From: an uncultured Bacteroidota bacterium
GTDB taxonomy: Bacteria > Bacteroidota > Bacteroidia > Bacteroidales > GCA-2748055
Direction of reading: 5' to 3'
Assembly: GCA_963783435.1 (NCBI GenBank)
Contig: CAWANQ010000013.1
Location: 7,426 to 71,425 of the forward strand
DNA length: 64,000 nucleotides
The position numbers and the translations under genes are program-made. Under the pieces are notes generated by a model that saw only the letters and a list, made by a program, of their open reading frames with translations, had not been told where the DNA came from and ran no database searches. Within the stretch, counting starts at the first letter, position 1. Every line of letters starts with the position of its first letter. Positions 55,245 through 64,000 of the stretch are shown here, piece after piece.

Positions 55245-58200
55245 CTTTCTGTTCTATCCATTTTCTGGCATTCACAAAGGCTTCCAGCCAGGGAGTTGCT
55301 TCATCCTGCTTCCTGTCGCCCGGATAATATGCACACTGCCAGGGAAGGTAGGAACGCTCCAGGTGGGGCATCATGGCCAGGTGGCGGCCATCGGAAGAGC
55401 AGAGGGCTGCCACATCATAGTCTGAGCCGTTGGGATTGGCAGGATAGCTGGAGTGGCTGTACCTGGCCGCAATATGGTAATCACGCTCTGGTTTGGGAAG
55501 ACTGAATTTCCCCTCACCATGGGCCACCCAAACTCCCAGGTTTTTGTCTTTTAGTGAAGCCAGCATAACCGACCTGTTTTCCTGGATTTCTAATGCCAGG
55601 AAGGCAGACTCAAACTTGCCTGATTCATTGTGCAACATGGTGGGGGATTGATTGTGTTCAGGGACCACCAGATTTAGCTCAATCATCAGCTGGCAGCCAT
55701 TACAAATACCCAGACTGAGGGTGTTCTCCCTTTGATAAAACTTCTCCAGGGCCATCCTGGCTTTCTCATTGTATTTAAAGGCTCCTGCCCAACCTTTGGC
55801 AGAACCAAGTACGTCTGAGTTGGAAAATCCTCCCACAAAGACAATCATCTGTATGTCTTCAAGCGTCTCCCTGCCTGAAATCAGGTCGGTCATATGAACA
55901 TCCTTCACATCAAACCCGGCCAGGTAGAGCGCATGGGCCATTTCGCGATCGCCGTTGACCCCTTTCTCCCTGATAATGGCTGCCCTGGTTCCGCTCTCCT
56001 TTCTGCGGTTTGGATCGATCCCCAGGCTTTCAAACGTCCCCTTGAAATCTCCAAGCGACAGTTCAAGGGCGTGTTTGGGATAGGACTTATACCGTTCCTC
56101 AGCCAATGATGCTTTGGTCTGTTCCCGATCCAGCAGGTAGGAGGTTCTGAACCAGAGATTACGGTAATGGTCTACATCCAATTCAAACACTTTCTCTCTG
56201 GTCCGGATTTGTACCTCGCGTTCCTCAATGGGCCTTCCGATTATATGGTGGAGGATCCCCTCTTTTTCTAAGAGCCCGCTTATGGCAAAGGCATTCCTCA
56301 CCTGGATAATCACGCCCGGTTTTTCACTAAAAACCACGGGGATTGTATCTCCAGGAATACCAGTGATATCCAGCTCCACTCCTCCGGAGGTATTGGCATA
56401 GCACATCTCCAGGACGGTGGTAATCAGGCCCCCGGCTGATACATCGTGCCCGGCCAGGATCATCCCCTCTTCAATAAGCGACTGGATCAGGTTGAATGCC
56501 TTTAAGAAGTATTTCGGATCGGTAACTGTGGGTGCCTGAGATCCGATTCGGGTACTAAATTGAGCAAAAGAGCTTCCACCCAGTTTAAAATCATCTTTGG
56601 CCAGGTCCAGGTAGATCAATCTGCTATCCGGGTCAGGATTCAATACAGGTTCTACAATTTTGTTAATGTCGGTCACTTCACCGGCAGCTGAAATGATGAC
56701 TGTTCCGGGAGCATAGACTACCTCATCCTTGTATTTCTGGGTCATCGAAAGGGAGTCCTTTCCAGTGGGAATATTGATGCCAAGTTCCACAGCGAAATCG
56801 CTGGCTGCCTTGGCTGCCTCATACAGCCTGGCATCCTCTCCTTCATTTTTGCAGGGCCACATCCAGTTGGCGGAGAGGGATATGCTTCTCATCTTGTCTG
56901 GCATGGGAGCCCAAACAATGTTGGTAAGGGCCTCTGCGATTGAAAGTACACTTCCAGCTGCGGCATCCACCATCGCAGCCACAGGAGCATGACCTATGGA
57001 GGTGGCATAGCCTTTTTTGCCTCTGTAGTCAAGGGCAACTGCCCCCAGATTATTCAAGGGCAATTGAAGTGGACCGGCACACTGCTGGGTGGCAATCTTG
57101 CCGGTTACCGAACGGTCTACCTTATTGGTTAACCAGTCCTTACAGGCCACAGCCTCCAGTTGCATCACTCCTTCAAGGTAGTGGGGAAGTTCAGAAAAGT
57201 CGTATGAAAGCTCTTTATATTTTGTGTCCAGGGACTTATCATTCATAATGGTTTTTGGAGGTTTTCCGAACATATGGGCCAACTCCAGATCCATGGGTTT
57301 CTCGCCGGTCTTCTGACTCTCAAATACGAAGCGGTGATCCTCTGTAATCTCACCCACAATGTAAATGGGTGCACGTTCGCGTTGGGCAATTCTGACCAGT
57401 TCATCCACATCGCCCGGTTTTAATACCAAACCCATTCGCTCCTGGGATTCATTGCCGATGATCTCTTTGGCTGAAAGGGTGGGATCCCCCACTGGCAGCT
57501 TATCAAGGTTGATTTTTCCACCGGTGGCTTCCACCAGTTCGGAGAGGCAGTTTAAATGTCCACCCGCCCCATGATCGTGGATGCTGACGATGGGATTGTC
57601 TGTGGATTCGGCAAAAGCCCGGATGGCATTGTATGCCCTTTTTTGCATCTCCGGGTTGGCTCGCTGCACCGCATTCAGCTCGATGGCGTTCTCATACTCA
57701 CCTGTTGCCACCGATGATACAGCGCCTCCGCCCATTCCAATGCGGTAATTATCTCCACCCAGGAGGACCACCACATCACCCTTTTGGGGGATATCCTTCT
57801 CAGCATCGGCCCTTTTTCCAAATCCGATTCCCCCTGCCAGCATAATCACCTTGTCAAATCCATATTTTTTGTTGTCTTCGCCATGTTCGAAGGTGAGAAG
57901 ACTGCCACAGATCAGGGGCTGACCAAATTTATTCCCAAAATCACTGGCTCCGTTGGATGCTTTAATAAGAATCTCTTTGGGTGTCTGGTAGAGCCAGGGC
58001 CTGGCGGGCATGGCATCCTGCCATGCGCGATCCTTATCCAACCTGGGGTAGGAGGTCATGTATACGGCAGTTCCTGCCATGGGAATGGCGGCTTTCCCTC
58101 CGGCGATGCGGTCCCTGATTTCCCCCCCGGTTCCTGTGGCTGCTCCGTTAAAAGGTTCTACGGTAGTCGGGAAATTGTGGGTTTCCGCTTTTAAGGATAA

Positions 58201-58923
58201 GACGGTTTCAATATCTGAGACCTTAAAAAATGCGGAGGTGTCCTGTCCCACGGGAGCAAACTGTTCGATGACAGGGCCCTGGACAAATGAGCAATTGTCC
58301 TTATAGGCAGAAACCACATAATTGGGATTGGTTTTGGTGGTTTTTTTAATCAGCTGGAAGAGGGAGGATTCCTTCTCTTCCCCGTCAATGATAAAGGTTC
58401 CATTAAAGATCTTATGGCGGCAATGTTCCGAATTTACCTGGGAAAAACCAAATACTTCACTGTCGGTAAGTTTTCGACCGATCTGTTCACTTACCTCATC
58501 CAGATAGGCAATTTCATCGGGATTCAGTGCCAGTCCCTCCTGGGCATTGTAGGCAGATATATCGGTAATTTCAAGGATGGGGTCGGGCAAGCGATCGATA
58601 TGAAAAATTTGCTGGTTAAGGCCTTCATACATGGCCTGCAGCATCGGATCGAAAGTGGCATCATTCCCCTCTACCAAAAAGTACTCCTCGATTCTCAGAA
58701 TTCCCGAGATACCCATGTTTTCGGTAATCTCTACCGCATTGGTGCTCCAGGGTGTGATCATCTCTTTCCTGGGTCCCACAAAATAACCATCCAAACTCTC
58801 CCGGTCCATACAGCTGGCACGGCTAAACAACCATTCTAGCTTCTCAATGGTGGCAGAATTGAGTAGGGAAGGGGCTTCAAGGGCAATGATTTTTTGGTCT
58901 GGGACCTGAAAAAAATAGATCAT
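55237..58923 (-). CDS. purL: Phosphoribosylformylglycinamidine synthase (single-chain large PurL)
   Basis: About 1228 aa. Conserved blocks typical of FGAM synthase include SEHCRHKIFNG, ETHNFPTTVEPFNGAATGTGGEIRD and GICNGCQ. I chose the start at MIYFFQVPDQKIIALE. Confidence 0.9.
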   Translation of the reverse strand: MIYFFQVPDQKIIALEAPSLLNSATIEKLEWLFSRASCMDRESLDGYFVGPRKEMITPWSTNAVEITENMGISGILRIEEYFLVEGNDATFDPMLQAMYEGLNQQIFHIDRLPDPILEITDISAYNAQEGLALNPDEIAYLDEVSEQIGRKLTDSEVFGFSQVNSEHCRHKIFNGTFIIDGEEKESSLFQLIKKTTKTNPNYVVSAYKDNCSFVQGPVIEQFAPVGQDTSAFFKVSDIETVLSLKAETHNFPTTVEPFNGAATGTGGEIRDRIAGGKAAIPMAGTAVYMTSYPRLDKDRAWQDAMPARPWLYQTPKEILIKASNGASDFGNKFGQPLICGSLLTFEHGEDNKKYGFDKVIMLAGGIGFGKRADAEKDIPQKGDVVVLLGGDNYRIGMGGGAVSSVATGEYENAIELNAVQRANPEMQKRAYNAIRAFAESTDNPIVSIHDHGAGGHLNCLSELVEATGGKINLDKLPVGDPTLSAKEIIGNESQERMGLVLKPGDVDELVRIAQRERAPIYIVGEITEDHRFVFESQKTGEKPMDLELAHMFGKPPKTIMNDKSLDTKYKELSYDFSELPHYLEGVMQLEAVACKDWLTNKVDRSVTGKIATQQCAGPLQLPLNNLGAVALDYRGKKGYATSIGHAPVAAMVDAAAGSVLSIAEALTNIVWAPMPDKMRSISLSANWMWPCKNEGEDARLYEAAKAASDFAVELGINIPTGKDSLSMTQKYKDEVVYAPGTVIISAAGEVTDINKIVEPVLNPDPDSRLIYLDLAKDDFKLGGSSFAQFSTRIGSQAPTVTDPKYFLKAFNLIQSLIEEGMILAGHDVSAGGLITTVLEMCYANTSGGVELDITGIPGDTIPVVFSEKPGVIIQVRNAFAISGLLEKEGILHHIIGRPIEEREVQIRTREKVFELDVDHYRNLWFRTSYLLDREQTKASLAEERYKSYPKHALELSLGDFKGTFESLGIDPNRRKESGTRAAIIREKGVNGDREMAHALYLAGFDVKDVHMTDLISGRETLEDIQMIVFVGGFSNSDVLGSAKGWAGAFKYNEKARMALEKFYQRENTLSLGICNGCQLMIELNLVVPEHNQSPTMLHNESGKFESAFLALEIQENRSVMLASLKDKNLGVWVAHGEGKFSLPKPERDYHIAARYSHSSYPANPNGSDYDVAALCSSDGRHLAMMPHLERSYLPWQCAYYPGDRKQDEATPWLEAFVNARKWIEQKAI

Positions 58924-59072
58924 GAAATTAACTGTTAAATGAACACCTGAAATTCGCTGCAAAGATAATCCTAATGTTTGATTATGGCCTCCCGGGAGGG
59001 GGGAATGAATGAAGACTTTTTTAACATATTGGGAGAAATGAATATATTTAGGAAAACTAAACTAACCTGATC

Positions 59073-60737
59073 ATGATCCAGAAGAATTTCATTGAACTTT
59101 ATGAAGAGAGTTTTGCCAAAAACTTTGACCTCCCTGCGCTGTCGGATTACACCAGTGACATCAGCTATACCTATGGAGAAATGGCCATTCAGATTGCCCG
59201 CCTTCACCTGCTCTATGAAGCTGTAGGATTGAAAAAAGGGGATAAGGTGGCCGTATTTGGCAAGAACTCTTCCAACTGGTGCGTAGGTTTTATGAGCATT
59301 GTTACATATGGAGGAGTAGCAGTACCCATTCTTTCAGATTTCAAGCCCGATGATGCCCATACCATTATCAACCACTCCGATTCAGTGATGTTACTGGTGG
59401 ACAATGCCACCCTTAAAACGCTCTCAGAGAACGAGATGAAAGCTGTGAAGGCCATTCTTTCCCTGGATGATTGGGGTATTCTCTCCTCAAAACCAGCTGC
59501 TGCCTTTAAGAAGGCCCATGAGGGACTGGATGATCTATTCTCTAAGAAGTTTACAGAGGGCTTTGGACCTGAGCAGATCAAATATGCCAGGGTGGATAAT
59601 AGCGAGCTGGTAGAGATTAACTACACCTCGGGCACCACAGGCTTTAGTAAGGGGGTTATGCTATCGGCAAATAGCCTGGCAGGAAATGTGGACTTTGCCA
59701 TGAGGTCCATTGAGTTGCATCCGGGAGAGAAAATGCTGGCTCTTCTGCCTCTTGCGCATTGCTATGGTTGTGCCTTCGATTTTCTCTTTCCCATGGCGGT
59801 GGGGGTGCATGTAACGGTTCTCGGTAAATTACCAGCCACTCCTGTGATCATCAAGGCCTTTTCTGAGGTGAGGCCTCATCTGATTCTGTTTGTTCCTATC
59901 TTCTTTGAAAAGATATATAAGAAGAAGCTCTTACCGGTTCTGCAAAAGGGCACGGTGAAGGTGCTGACTAAAATTCCGGGTGTAAGCGGTCTGATTTATG
60001 GAAAAATGAGAAAATCCCTGATCGAAACTTTTGGGGGTCGTTTCAGGGAAGCTGTGTTGGGTGGAGCTGCGCTGGGTAAGGAGGTAGAAGATTTTTTAAC
60101 CCGGATCAATTTTCCATTTACCATTGGATATGGGATGACAGAATGCGGTCCCTTAATGTCCTATGAAGGATTTGCCACTACCCGAAAAGGTTCCAGTGGA
60201 AAGATATTGGATATCATGGAGCTGAAGATCGATTCGGATCAGCCCTATACCGTTCCTGGTGAAATTCTGGTGAAAGGAGAGAATCTGATGGAGGGATACT
60301 ACAAAAATGAGGAAGCTACAAAAGCGACCATTGATAAAGATGGATGGCTGCATACCGGCGATCTGGGTGTAACAGACGAGGATGGATTTATATACATCAG
60401 GGGACGAAGCAAAAGCATGCTCCTGGGGCCATCAGGTCAGAACATCTATCCCGAAGAGATCGAGGCCAGGCTTTGTAACCTTCCTTATATTTCGGAGGCA
60501 GTGGTTTTAATGAACAGCAATCACAAGCTGGAGGCACTGGTATATCCCGATCCTGATCAGGTCAAAGCCGATGGAGTGGGGGCTGATCTTGCTGCCAAAA
60601 TGGAGGAGAACCGGAAGGTGCTGAATCAACAGTTAAAATCCTATGAGTCAGTTCTAAAGATCCATATTCACGAAACGGAATTTGAGAAAACTCCAAAACG
60701 AAGCATCAAAAAGTTTCTTTACAAACTGGAGGAGTAG
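59073..60737 (+). CDS. AMP-binding acyl-CoA synthetase (long-chain-fatty-acid--CoA ligase-like)
   Basis: 554 aa. The AMP-binding motif is INYTSGTTGFSKGV. GYGMTECG and TGDLG motifs are present. Confidence 0.8.
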   Translation: MIQKNFIELYEESFAKNFDLPALSDYTSDISYTYGEMAIQIARLHLLYEAVGLKKGDKVAVFGKNSSNWCVGFMSIVTYGGVAVPILSDFKPDDAHTIINHSDSVMLLVDNATLKTLSENEMKAVKAILSLDDWGILSSKPAAAFKKAHEGLDDLFSKKFTEGFGPEQIKYARVDNSELVEINYTSGTTGFSKGVMLSANSLAGNVDFAMRSIELHPGEKMLALLPLAHCYGCAFDFLFPMAVGVHVTVLGKLPATPVIIKAFSEVRPHLILFVPIFFEKIYKKKLLPVLQKGTVKVLTKIPGVSGLIYGKMRKSLIETFGGRFREAVLGGAALGKEVEDFLTRINFPFTIGYGMTECGPLMSYEGFATTRKGSSGKILDIMELKIDSDQPYTVPGEILVKGENLMEGYYKNEEATKATIDKDGWLHTGDLGVTDEDGFIYIRGRSKSMLLGPSGQNIYPEEIEARLCNLPYISEAVVLMNSNHKLEALVYPDPDQVKADGVGADLAAKMEENRKVLNQQLKSYESVLKIHIHETEFEKTPKRSIKKFLYKLEE

Positions 60738-60742
60738 CTCTC

Positions 60743-61306
60743 TTAATACGAAGTGCCCTTATATACGCGTGATTGAATGGGCGGGACCACATAGCCCGAG
60801 TAATTGAGTTGGCCAGGCCAGGATGAACTGATGGTAGCATCGGCTCGTCCATCTGAGAATATGGTCATGCGAACATCATAATTTCCAAGTGTCGATCTGA
60901 TGTTATAACTCACATTGTAGCTTTTGCTCTTCTCATTAAAGGTGTATTTGTAATTTGCAACCGGACCTTCAGCTGTAATCCCACCTACACCGTTCATTCC
61001 CACGTAAGAGTTGGAACCTATCTGTATCACACCGGTAATGGAGTCATTTGCAACAAAATTAAGGGTTGGGCTCACATTTACCTGGTTTCCTTTGCTATCT
61101 CTCAGTCTGTCAGCTTCCAGAACAAATCGTTGATACTCCACCATCACGGCAACGACCTGAGATTTCATTTCCGCATCTTTGGCTTCCTGTTCTTTCCTTA
61201 ACTCTTTTTCGAGTTTCTTTTTCTCTTTTTTGCTGAGCTCCTGATCCTGGGAGTACGCTGTGATGGCTATGAGCAAAACAACAGCTATGCTTAATATCTT
61301 TTTCAT
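60743..61306 (-). CDS. DUF4251 family lipoprotein-like protein
   Basis: 187 aa with a signal peptide and a K/E-rich linker. The sequence FVLEADRLRD..G..V.V....NFV and the overall pattern match my recollection of DUF4251. Confidence 0.5.
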   Translation of the reverse strand: MKKILSIAVVLLIAITAYSQDQELSKKEKKKLEKELRKEQEAKDAEMKSQVVAVMVEYQRFVLEADRLRDSKGNQVNVSPTLNFVANDSITGVIQIGSNSYVGMNGVGGITAEGPVANYKYTFNEKSKSYNVSYNIRSTLGNYDVRMTIFSDGRADATISSSWPGQLNYSGYVVPPIQSRVYKGTSY

Positions 61307-61448
61307 CTGTATGAAGATTTAAATTGCTTATGAGATTAAAACAAAGATAAGGAACAGATGTTTATAACCATAACCTTTAAATCACCTGCCTTCACTGAAT
61401 ATTTAGTTTTTCAAACTTCAGATATGGTCTGGCGATAGGTTTACGGTT

Positions 61449-63905
61449 CTAACTCAGGCCCCTGATTTTTGCAGCAAATTCCCTTTCGAAGGCCCTGGCC
61501 AGATTGAGCATAATTTTATCAATCTGCTTATCCGTCAGTGTTTTATTCTCGTCCAACAGGGTGAAGGAGAGCGCATATGATTTTTTCCCTTTTTCAATCT
61601 TCTCTCCGTCGTATACATCAAACAGGGATACTTTTTTAAGGAGTTTCCGCTCTGTCTTAAAGGCCAGCGAACGGAGCGATTCGAAAGTTACCTGCTTATC
61701 CAGGACCATGGAGAAGTCGCGCAAGACCACCTGGAACCTGGGGAGGGGAGAAAATAAAATTCTGTGCCTGGTCAGTGTGTATAAGATCCTGTCCCAGTTA
61801 AACTCGGCAGCAAACACCTGCTGATCAATGTCAAATTGTTTCAGTAGCCTGGATGAAACTGCTCCAAATTCAACCAGAGGCTTGCCATTAAGGAGATAGA
61901 CCAGTCCCTCCGAGAAATCCGGATTGTCCAATCCAGCTGTTTTAAGCAAGAAGGGGTCTATTCCTAACTTTACCAGCACACTCTCTACAAAACTTTTTAA
62001 TACATAAAAAGAGGATGTCCCTGGCTTTTGCACCCAGTTTCCGGGTTGAGAATTTCCCGATAGGAAAATGCCCATATGGAGTTGTTCCTCAAACCTCTCT
62101 ACTGTTTTCTCACCGGCAGCTGCAGGATCCTGATAATAACAGTTCCCAAATTCATAAAGCTTCAGGTCCGGATTTTTCCGGTTGATGTTATAGGCAATGG
62201 CCTCCAAGCCTCCGTAAAGCAGGTTTTTGCGCATCAGACCCAGGTCCTGACTCAGGGGATTAAAGAGCCTGACAGCCTCCATATCCTGTTTCTCCTCCGT
62301 ATCATAGTAGGCAGCACGGGTGAGCGAATTGGATTTCATCTCATAGAAGCCATTGGCGGTAAGCAGATCGGAAGTCATATTGATGATCTTCTCTTTATCG
62401 GGTTTTGCCGAGTAGGAGAGGGTGGACTTTAGCCCCGATCCAATTTCCACCCGGTTAAATCCATAAATGCGGAGAATCTCTTCAATCACATCGGCTTCCC
62501 GTTGCACATCTACCCGGTAGGGAGGCACCCGCAGGACCATGCCCAGCTTGTCTTCGTGCTCTACTTTAATCTCCAGTGATTGGAGAATAGATCGCACAGT
62601 ATCCGGACTGATCTCATTTCCTATGAGCCGGTTCACATGTGCAAAGCTGATCTCCACCCTGAAATCCTCCACAGGCTCGGGATACACATCAATGACTTCG
62701 GATGAGATGCTTCCGCCAGCGATCTCTTTGATTAATAGGGCAGCCCTCTTCAGTGCCCATACCGTCATATTGGGATCGGAGCCACGTTCAAATCTGAATG
62801 AGGCATCTGTATTCAGCATGTGGTGTTTGGCGGTCTTTCTTACGTAGACCGGATCAAAGCAGGCCGATTCGAGGAAAAGATCTGTGCTAGCCTCAGATAC
62901 ACCCGATTTAATTCCTCCAAACACACCCGCGATGCACATTCCCTCTTCCGCATTGCATATCATCAGGTCGCTGGCCAGCAGTTTGCGCTCCTGTTCATCC
63001 AGGGTCACAAATGGGGTGCCTTCAGGCATGGTTTTTACAATTACTTTATTCCCAAAAATCTCCGCTGCATCGAATGCATGAAGAGGTTGACCTGTTTCGT
63101 GTAAAACGAAGTTGGTAATATCCACCACATTGTTAATGGGCGTTAAACCAATGGATCTAAGCCGGTTTTGAAGCCAGTCCGGACTGGCCTTCACAGTCAC
63201 GCCTTTTAAGGTCAGCCCAGAATAACGTTTGCATCCTGCCTTCTCCTCTATCTCAATGGGTATGGTTAATTCCTTGTTGTCAGTTTTAAAATCATCCAGG
63301 GAGGGTTTGGAAATTTCAATGTTTTCACGCTGTTTCAGGTAGGCCACCAGGTCGCGGGCCACTCCCAGGTGAGAAGCTCCATCGATCCGGTTTGGAGTAA
63401 GCCCGATTTCAAATATCTGATCTGTCTCCATCTTAAAATAGTCGGCAGCCCGACTACCCGGAAGAGCAGCCTGATCTAAGACCATAATTCCTTCATGTGA
63501 GGTGCCCAAACCCAGTTCATCTTCGGCACAGATCATGCCCAGTGAAAGCTCACCCCTGATCTTGGTTTTCTTAATGGTAAAACCGGTCTCGTCCGGATAA
63601 AGTGTAGCACCCACAGTGGCTACGGGTACTTTTTGTCCGGCCGCCACATTGGGCGCTCCACATACAATTTGTAAGGGTTCACCGGCTCCGATATCCACCG
63701 TGGTGACTGTGAGTTTATCAGCATTGGGATGTTTTTCACAGGTGAGTACTTCACCGATGACGACCCCTTCCAGTCCGCCCTTTACCGATTGAAAGGTTTC
63801 AAGACCTTCCACTTCAAGTCCGATGTTGGTAAGGATATCACTCACCTGTCCGGCAGGCAGATCAACAGGTATATATTGTTTGAGCCAGTTATAGGATATT
63901 TTCAT
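61449..63905 (-). CDS. pheT: Phenylalanine--tRNA ligase beta subunit
   Basis: The N-terminus MKISYNWLKQYI and the tRNA-binding domain (HPNADKLTVTTVDIG) are present. The length of about 818 aa fits. I chose the start at the internal Met of the ORF. Confidence 0.9.
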   Translation of the reverse strand: MKISYNWLKQYIPVDLPAGQVSDILTNIGLEVEGLETFQSVKGGLEGVVIGEVLTCEKHPNADKLTVTTVDIGAGEPLQIVCGAPNVAAGQKVPVATVGATLYPDETGFTIKKTKIRGELSLGMICAEDELGLGTSHEGIMVLDQAALPGSRAADYFKMETDQIFEIGLTPNRIDGASHLGVARDLVAYLKQRENIEISKPSLDDFKTDNKELTIPIEIEEKAGCKRYSGLTLKGVTVKASPDWLQNRLRSIGLTPINNVVDITNFVLHETGQPLHAFDAAEIFGNKVIVKTMPEGTPFVTLDEQERKLLASDLMICNAEEGMCIAGVFGGIKSGVSEASTDLFLESACFDPVYVRKTAKHHMLNTDASFRFERGSDPNMTVWALKRAALLIKEIAGGSISSEVIDVYPEPVEDFRVEISFAHVNRLIGNEISPDTVRSILQSLEIKVEHEDKLGMVLRVPPYRVDVQREADVIEEILRIYGFNRVEIGSGLKSTLSYSAKPDKEKIINMTSDLLTANGFYEMKSNSLTRAAYYDTEEKQDMEAVRLFNPLSQDLGLMRKNLLYGGLEAIAYNINRKNPDLKLYEFGNCYYQDPAAAGEKTVERFEEQLHMGIFLSGNSQPGNWVQKPGTSSFYVLKSFVESVLVKLGIDPFLLKTAGLDNPDFSEGLVYLLNGKPLVEFGAVSSRLLKQFDIDQQVFAAEFNWDRILYTLTRHRILFSPLPRFQVVLRDFSMVLDKQVTFESLRSLAFKTERKLLKKVSLFDVYDGEKIEKGKKSYALSFTLLDENKTLTDKQIDKIMLNLARAFEREFAAKIRGLS

Positions 63906-64000
63906 GGGTGCAAAAGTAGTGCATTTCAATCAGAGTAAAAAGGCCGAAATGGCAAGTTTATCCCGAAGATGCCAGATGGGATACCACCCTTTGAAAGAGG

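Overview
This 64-kb window looks like chromosomal DNA from a member of the Bacteroidota. The evidence is three cargo proteins with T9SS C-terminal sorting domains, family-typical DUFs, leaders without Shine-Dalgarno sequences, and TAnnTTTG-like -7 boxes. I found about 50 protein genes and no rRNA, tRNA or CRISPR array.

Gene content, in order:
- Positions 1-10.7 kb hold glycan-degradation genes (two GH5, one GH78, one CE4) and a double-thioredoxin redoxin. All of them are broken by frameshifts, while the genes interleaved with them are intact.
- asnA, a 960-aa PKD/T9SS type-B protein, a TAT-signal Gfo/Idh/MocA oxidoreductase and a guanine deaminase follow.
- A phosphorolytic beta-mannoside/cellobiose module comes next: a GH94 phosphorylase facing an operon of symporter, cellobiose 2-epimerase and GH130 mannosylglucose phosphorylase.
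- Then an aldehyde dehydrogenase, a large M14 peptidase, kefC-kefG, ChaN and MscS.
- An Fe-S/polyferredoxin operon lies behind a CRP/FNR-type palindrome.
- A VTC / DUF4956 / DUF2490 operon converges on a secreted CotH kinase-like gene.
- A Crp/Fnr regulator and a sulfatase-HEAT fusion follow.
- An intact stand-alone tnpB (IS200/IS605-type) element with recognisable end hairpins sits in an intergenic region.
- The remainder holds a 16-aa-repeat outer-membrane-like protein, a CAT-family acetyltransferase, a LytTR two-component pair, DPP4, a very basic histone-H1-like repeat protein, a ParE-type toxin-antitoxin pair, a paraoxonase-like propeller, purL, an acyl-CoA ligase and pheT.

The observations I think most deserve a second look:
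- the tnpB element and its predicted guide RNA region;
- the VTC-DUF4956-DUF2490/CotH neighbourhood;
- two leaders built of heptanucleotide repeats and free of G in the mRNA sense, one of them a telomere-like (TTTAGGG)n G-quadruplex motif;
- the regional clustering of frameshifts;
- a pair of identical 53-bp direct repeats flanking a long non-coding gap;
- the H1-like protein.

All functional calls rest on my recognition of motifs in the supplied translations. No database search was run.
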